NCBI GenBank assembly: GCA_002747695.1
Contig: PDQD01000050.1
Span: 1-63,298 of the forward strand
Length of the DNA stretch: 63,298 nucleotides
Direction: 5' to 3'
Source of the DNA: Flavobacteriia bacterium
Lineage (GTDB): Bacteria; Bacteroidota; Bacteroidia; Flavobacteriales; Flavobacteriaceae
How positions within the stretch are numbered: position 1 is the first letter of the stretch; every line of letters begins with the position of its first letter. Positions 58,401-63,298 of the stretch are shown in pieces. A program made the position numbers and the translations under genes. The notes beneath the pieces are model-generated. The model did no database searches. It was not told the origin of the DNA and saw only the letters and a program-made list of their open reading frames with translations.

Positions 58401-59990
58401 ATGAGTTTACAAACAGAAATCAACAAACGCCGTACCTTTGGTATAGTCTCGCATCCTGATGCCGGAAAAACCACTCTAACCGAAAAGTTATTACTTTTTG
58501 GGGGCGCCATTCAGGAAGCAGGAGCCGTTAAAAGCAATAAAATCAAAAAAGGAGCTACGTCTGACTTTATGGAAATAGAACGTCAGCGGGGTATTTCTGT
58601 AGCAACCTCAGTTTTAGCATTTGAGTATAGAGACAAAAAAATCAACATCCTCGACACCCCCGGTCACAAAGATTTTGCAGAAGATACTTTCCGTACACTA
58701 ACAGCTGTTGACAGTGTCATCGTTGTCATAGACGTGGCCAAAGGGGTGGAAGAACAAACGGAAAAGCTCGTAGAAGTTTGTCGTATGCGTCATATTCCTA
58801 TCATAGTGTTTATCAACAAACTCGACCGCGAAGGTAAAGATGCCTTTGATCTACTGGACGAAGTAGAACAAAAGCTCGGGTTTAAAGTTGTTCCCATGAG
58901 CTTTCCCATAGGTATGGGGTATGACTTTAAAGGGATTTATAACATCTACGAACACAAACTCAATATTTTTTCCGGAGAGCACAAACAAAAAATTTCTAAA
59001 GGCATAGAATTTAAAGATCTCGAGAATCCTGAATTAGAGAAAATCATCGGTCAGGATGCCGCAGAAACCCTCCGAGAAGAACTGGAGTTGGTACACGAGG
59101 TCTATCCTGATTTTGACCGCGAGAGTTATCTCAAAGGCGAAACCCAACCCGTGTTTTACGGCTCTGCATTGAATAATTTCGGGGTAAAGGAACTGTTAGA
59201 TTGTTTTGTCGATATCGCACCGCCGCCGCTACCCAAGATGAGTGATACGCGCCTGGTAAAACCCGATGAAAACACTTTAAGTGGTTTTGTCTTTAAAATC
59301 CATGCCAATATGGATCCCAATCACCGCAACCGGTTGGCTTTTGTAAAAATTGTTTCGGGCGAATTCAACCGTAACAAACCTTACTTACATGTACGTCTCG
59401 GTAAAAACCTTAAATTTTCCAGTCCGCACACCTTTTTCGCTGAAAAGAAAGCCATCATTGACCAATCTTACCCCGGGGATATCGTAGGTTTACCGGACAA
59501 TGGCAATTTTAAAATCGGAGACACATTGACCGAAGGTGAAGCCATGAATTTCAAAGGGATTCCCAGTTTTTCACCGGAACATTTCCGTTATATCAACAAC
59601 GCCGATCCCATGAAAGCTAAACAACTCGCCAAAGGTATAGAACAGTTGATGGATGAAGGTGTGGCACAATTGTTTACACTGGAAACCAATGGGAGAAAAA
59701 TCATAGGAACTGTTGGTGCCTTACAGTACGACGTCATCCAATACCGTCTGGAACACGAGTATGGCGCTAAATGCACCTATGATAACATCAACGTACACAA
59801 AGCTTGTTGGGTTGATCCTGAAGATCCCGATAATGACGAATACAAAGAATTCTTACGTATTAAGCAACGTTACCTCGCCAAAGACAAACAAGGTCAACTG
59901 GTATTTCTCGCAGACTCGGCATTTTCAATCCAGATGAGCCAACAAAAATACCCTACGGTAAAATTACATTTTACATCAGAGTTTGAGTAA
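58401..59990 (+). CDS. prfC: Peptide chain release factor 3
   Basis: ..RRTFGIVSHPDAGKTTLTEKLLLFGGAI..AG.V and DTPGH..F translational GTPase motifs. 529 aa. Confidence 0.95.
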   Translation: MSLQTEINKRRTFGIVSHPDAGKTTLTEKLLLFGGAIQEAGAVKSNKIKKGATSDFMEIERQRGISVATSVLAFEYRDKKINILDTPGHKDFAEDTFRTLTAVDSVIVVIDVAKGVEEQTEKLVEVCRMRHIPIIVFINKLDREGKDAFDLLDEVEQKLGFKVVPMSFPIGMGYDFKGIYNIYEHKLNIFSGEHKQKISKGIEFKDLENPELEKIIGQDAAETLREELELVHEVYPDFDRESYLKGETQPVFYGSALNNFGVKELLDCFVDIAPPPLPKMSDTRLVKPDENTLSGFVFKIHANMDPNHRNRLAFVKIVSGEFNRNKPYLHVRLGKNLKFSSPHTFFAEKKAIIDQSYPGDIVGLPDNGNFKIGDTLTEGEAMNFKGIPSFSPEHFRYINNADPMKAKQLAKGIEQLMDEGVAQLFTLETNGRKIIGTVGALQYDVIQYRLEHEYGAKCTYDNINVHKACWVDPEDPDNDEYKEFLRIKQRYLAKDKQGQLVFLADSAFSIQMSQQKYPTVKLHFTSEFE

Positions 59991-60088
59991 AGACGTGAGC
60001 GATTGAAAGTTTTAGTTAAGGATTGTTGAAAAACCTCAAAATAATTGACCTTTTTTAACAGATCCCGGACTACAAGCATACACTCAAC

Positions 60089-61090
60089 TTACCAACGTAT
60101 CACCACAGACCCCCAAGTAAAACCACTACCAAAAGCGGCTAATACCACAAGGTCACCCTCTTTGACCTTACCCTTTTGAACAGCTTCTGTGAGTGCTATA
60201 GGAATAGAGGCTGCCGTAGTATTACCATAAGACATAATATTATTGAAAACCTGATCGTCTGACCATCCGAATTTCTTTTGTATAAATTGTGAGATACGTA
60301 AATTCGCCTGATGCGGAATAAACATATCAACATCATCTTTGGTCATATGGTTGGCTTCCAAGCCTTCTTGTATCGCCTGTGAGAAACGTACAATGGCATT
60401 TTTAAAGACCAATTGACCATCCATATGAGGATGATAGGATAAATCATCGGGGTTATCAAACAGTTCAGTCACCCATGTTTTCATACCGGGAGCTTTAGCG
60501 GTCAGCACCTCGGCATATTCGCCTTGTGAATGTAAATGAGTGGACAGAATGCCCTGACCTTCTTTATCTGAACGAGAGACGACTGCCGCACCTGCACCAT
60601 CACCAAACAGCACAGACACCGTCCGCCCACGGGTGGTTTTATCCAAGGCTTTAGAATGGTATTCTGAACCTATAACCAATATATTCTTGTACATCCCGGT
60701 TTTTACAAACTGATCGGCAACGGATATACCATAGACAAATCCTGAACATTGGTTACGCACATCGAGTGCCCCTATGGTTTTTAATCCCAATAAGTCCTGC
60801 ACCTGCACACCGCCTCCGGGGAAAAAATAATCGGGGGATAACGTGGCAAATATGATGAAATCAATATCATCTTTGGTCAATCCGGCATCTTGGATCGCCT
60901 TTTCAGCAGCCTTAGCTCCCATAGTAGCCGAAGTTTCACTATCGCCTTCCGGAATCCAACGGCGTTCCTTTATCCCTGTGCGCTCCTGAATCCATTCATC
61001 AGAAGTCTCCATCATTTGGGATAAATCATCGTTCGTTACTACATTTTCGGGGACAAAAAATCCTAACCCGCTTATTTTTGCTTGATACAT
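60089..61090 (-). CDS. fabH: 3-oxoacyl-ACP synthase III
   Basis: ..SDEWI..RTGI.ER.., active-site ..NQCSGF.., ..HQAN.RI.., ..GNTTAASIP.. Confidence 0.9.
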   Translation of the reverse strand: MYQAKISGLGFFVPENVVTNDDLSQMMETSDEWIQERTGIKERRWIPEGDSETSATMGAKAAEKAIQDAGLTKDDIDFIIFATLSPDYFFPGGGVQVQDLLGLKTIGALDVRNQCSGFVYGISVADQFVKTGMYKNILVIGSEYHSKALDKTTRGRTVSVLFGDGAGAAVVSRSDKEGQGILSTHLHSQGEYAEVLTAKAPGMKTWVTELFDNPDDLSYHPHMDGQLVFKNAIVRFSQAIQEGLEANHMTKDDVDMFIPHQANLRISQFIQKKFGWSDDQVFNNIMSYGNTTAASIPIALTEAVQKGKVKEGDLVVLAAFGSGFTWGSVVIRW

Positions 61091-61252
61091 ATATTAAATT
61101 TTAAGGTGCCAAAAATATAAAAAAATTAGACTCTCAATAATTTACGATCTACAACACACTGCAAAACTGTCAATTTGTCACAACAACAGATTTGGTATTT
61201 TTTTTGACAAATGTCTGGTGTTTTAATATTTAAATCTATAAAATACTATATC

Positions 61253-63127
61253 ATGTCAAAAGGAAATATCAATATTTCAACTGAAAATATTTTCCCAATC
61301 ATCAAGAAATTTCTCTATTCGGATCATGAGATTTTCTTACGCGAATTGGTTTCAAATGCTACTGATGCAACCCTAAAACTCAAACACTTATTCAATATCG
61401 GTGAAGCCAAAGGCGACTATGGACAACCCATGATTGAAATCAAAATAGATAAAGACAACAAAACACTTCATATCATTGACCAGGGTATAGGTATGACAGA
61501 AGATGAAGTGAAAAAATACATCAATGAAATTGCTTTTTCAGGTGCTGAAGAATTTGTAGAACTATACAAAGACAAAATAGAAGACTCGGGTATTATCGGC
61601 CATTTCGGGCTTGGATTCTATTCCTCATTTATGGTTGCCGATCAGGTAGAAATTTTTACCAAATCCTTCAAAGAAGGTAGTCAGGCGGTACACTGGGCTT
61701 GTGACGGTAGTCCTGAATTCACCCTGGAGCCCACAGACAAAGAAGACAGAGGAACCGAAATCGTCTTACACATCAATAAAGAATCTGAAGAGTTTTTGGA
61801 AGAATCCCGTATCAATGCATTGTTGGTCAAATACAACCGCTTTATGCCAATTCCCATCAAACACGGGACTAAAGAAGACACCAAAACCATCGGTGAAGGC
61901 GAAGATGCCAAGACTGAAACGATTAGTGTAGATAACATCATCAACAACCCTAATCCTGCATGGACCAAAAAACCCGCAGACTTAAAAGATGAGGATTACA
62001 AATCGTTCTACCGCGAGTTGTATCCTATGCAGTTTGAAGAACCTCTATTCCACATCCACCTGAATGTTGATCATCCGTTTCATTTGACCGGAATTCTGTA
62101 TTTCCCAAAAATCACCAGAAATCTCGACATTCAAAAAGACCGTATCCAACTCTACCAAAATCAGGTGTTTGTCACAGACAATGTAGAAGGCATAGTCCCT
62201 GATTTCTTACAGATGCTCAGAGGGGTGATTGATTCACCGGATATCCCGTTGAATGTGTCACGAAGTTATTTACAAGCCGATGGAGCCGTGAAAAAAATCA
62301 CCGGTCATATCACCAAGAAGGTCGCTGATAAACTCAACTCCCTCTTTAAAAACGAACGTCAGTCCTTTGAAGAAAAATGGAATGACATCAAGGTGATTAT
62401 TGAATACGGTATGTTGTCTGAAGACAAGTTTTATGACAAGGCCAAAAAATTTGCCCTATACCCCACTGTTGACGGTGATTATTTGACCTTTGAAGAATTG
62501 GTCAACCGTACCAAAGCCAACCAAACAGACAAAGAAGGCAATCATATCATTCTCTACGCTTCTGATAAAGATAAGCAACACAGCTATATAGAAACAGCAA
62601 AAGCTAAAGGTTATGAGGTCATCCTCCTCGATTCTCCTATCATCTCCCATGTCATACAAAAACTGGAAGGGGATAACGACAAGACCAAATTCAGCCGTGT
62701 AGATGCCGATGTCATAGAAAACCTGATTAAGAAAGACGATACGGTTATTTCCAAATTGACTGATGAGGAAAAAACTAAACTCGAAGGCATTATCAAAGAT
62801 GTTGTTTCAGAAGATACTTACACCGTTCAATTGGAGGCTATGGACAGTGATGCCAATCCGTTAATCATCACCCAACCAGAATTTATGCGTCGTTACAAAG
62901 AGATGAGTATGACCGGCGGCGGTATGATGGGCTTCGGAGATTTTCCCGACAATTTCAACCTGATTGTCAACACCAATCACCCGTTGATGGATAAGATTCT
63001 AAAAGCTAAAAAGAATCGCGACAAATACGTCAATCAAGCCTTGGATTTGGCAAAATTATCACAAAATCTTTTGTCCGGGAAAGACATGACAGAATTTATC
63101 AAACGTAGTTTTGAACTGATGAAGTAA
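61253..63127 (+). CDS. htpG: Molecular chaperone HtpG (Hsp90)
   Basis: ..LYS..EIFLRELVSNA.DA..K.. and ..GQFGLGFYS-like HFGLGFYSSF.. Start at the ATG at 61253 (verified); the track start at 61211 is over-extended. Confidence 0.95.
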   Translation: MSKGNINISTENIFPIIKKFLYSDHEIFLRELVSNATDATLKLKHLFNIGEAKGDYGQPMIEIKIDKDNKTLHIIDQGIGMTEDEVKKYINEIAFSGAEEFVELYKDKIEDSGIIGHFGLGFYSSFMVADQVEIFTKSFKEGSQAVHWACDGSPEFTLEPTDKEDRGTEIVLHINKESEEFLEESRINALLVKYNRFMPIPIKHGTKEDTKTIGEGEDAKTETISVDNIINNPNPAWTKKPADLKDEDYKSFYRELYPMQFEEPLFHIHLNVDHPFHLTGILYFPKITRNLDIQKDRIQLYQNQVFVTDNVEGIVPDFLQMLRGVIDSPDIPLNVSRSYLQADGAVKKITGHITKKVADKLNSLFKNERQSFEEKWNDIKVIIEYGMLSEDKFYDKAKKFALYPTVDGDYLTFEELVNRTKANQTDKEGNHIILYASDKDKQHSYIETAKAKGYEVILLDSPIISHVIQKLEGDNDKTKFSRVDADVIENLIKKDDTVISKLTDEEKTKLEGIIKDVVSEDTYTVQLEAMDSDANPLIITQPEFMRRYKEMSMTGGGMMGFGDFPDNFNLIVNTNHPLMDKILKAKKNRDKYVNQALDLAKLSQNLLSGKDMTEFIKRSFELMK

Positions 63128-63175
63128 TCCACTACAAACATAATTCTACCACACTCCTTTGGTGGTAATAAAATA

Positions 63176-63208
63176 AAAGGCTTAAAACTGTGGTTTTAAG
63201 CCTTTTTT
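63176..63208 (+). terminator. Intrinsic terminator of htpG
   Basis: AAGGCTTAAAAC (63177-63188) pairs with GTTTTAAGCCTT (63193-63204), followed by TTTT. Confidence 0.7.
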
Positions 63209-63298
63209 GACTATTATCCCGGAGATAACATCGTATAAATTAACTGTAAATTTAAAATCTTTATCAAACAGTTCTACCACCTCGTAGTTTGTACTGCC

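Noticed and set aside
1-63298. A search for CRISPR arrays, IS elements or transposases, integrases, toxin-antitoxin pairs, restriction-modification genes and other defence genes.
   Set aside because: I saw no regularly spaced repeats and no ORF with transposase, integrase, nuclease-helicase or methyltransferase signatures. The one exception is the partial PD-(D/E)XK fragment at the left edge, whose context lies outside the window.

Overview
The window looks like a Flavobacteriia-type (Bacteroidota) chromosomal segment. Supporting evidence: gldF/gldG gliding genes, a fused lpxC-fabZ, the DUF5683-parB-parA arrangement, TAnnTTTG-type -7 boxes, and almost no Shine-Dalgarno sequences. I call about 59 CDS, nearly all on the minus strand. 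I found no rRNA, tRNA, CRISPR array, IS element or transposase.

Most of the window is conserved housekeeping:
- phoH, sppA, lepB, dapB, parAB, pepD, sucD, efp
- lpxA / lpxC-fabZ / lpxD
- dnaJ-grpE, groES-groEL, secG, lptE, miaB, ruvX, prfC, fabH, htpG

The one clearly accessory block is a visibly AT-richer surface-polysaccharide locus of about 12 kb (4188-16494). It holds an initiating sugar-phosphate transferase, five GT4 and one GT2 glycosyltransferases, an O-antigen ligase/polymerase-family membrane protein, and a Wzt-type ABC ATPase with no adjacent permease. It also holds a diverged tandem duplication of a translationally coupled two-gene module (GT4 plus a PaaK/CapK-like adenylate-forming enzyme).

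I could not identify a clear-cut novel system such as a defence island. The best candidates for follow-up are:
1. A 159-nt rod-like structured element with a 23-bp closing helix and a U-tract between dnaJ and an ECF sigma operon.
2. An uncharacterised DUF1858-DUF2249 / 12-TM His-containing membrane protein / DUF59 operon.
3. The duplicated GT4-CapK module.
4. The permease-less Wzt.
5. A strongly over-represented TGACAA(C) motif upstream of a TonB-dependent receptor.

All functional calls rest on recognising motifs in the supplied translations by eye. No database search was run. Several ORF-track N-termini were shortened to internal ATGs that I verified in the sequence.
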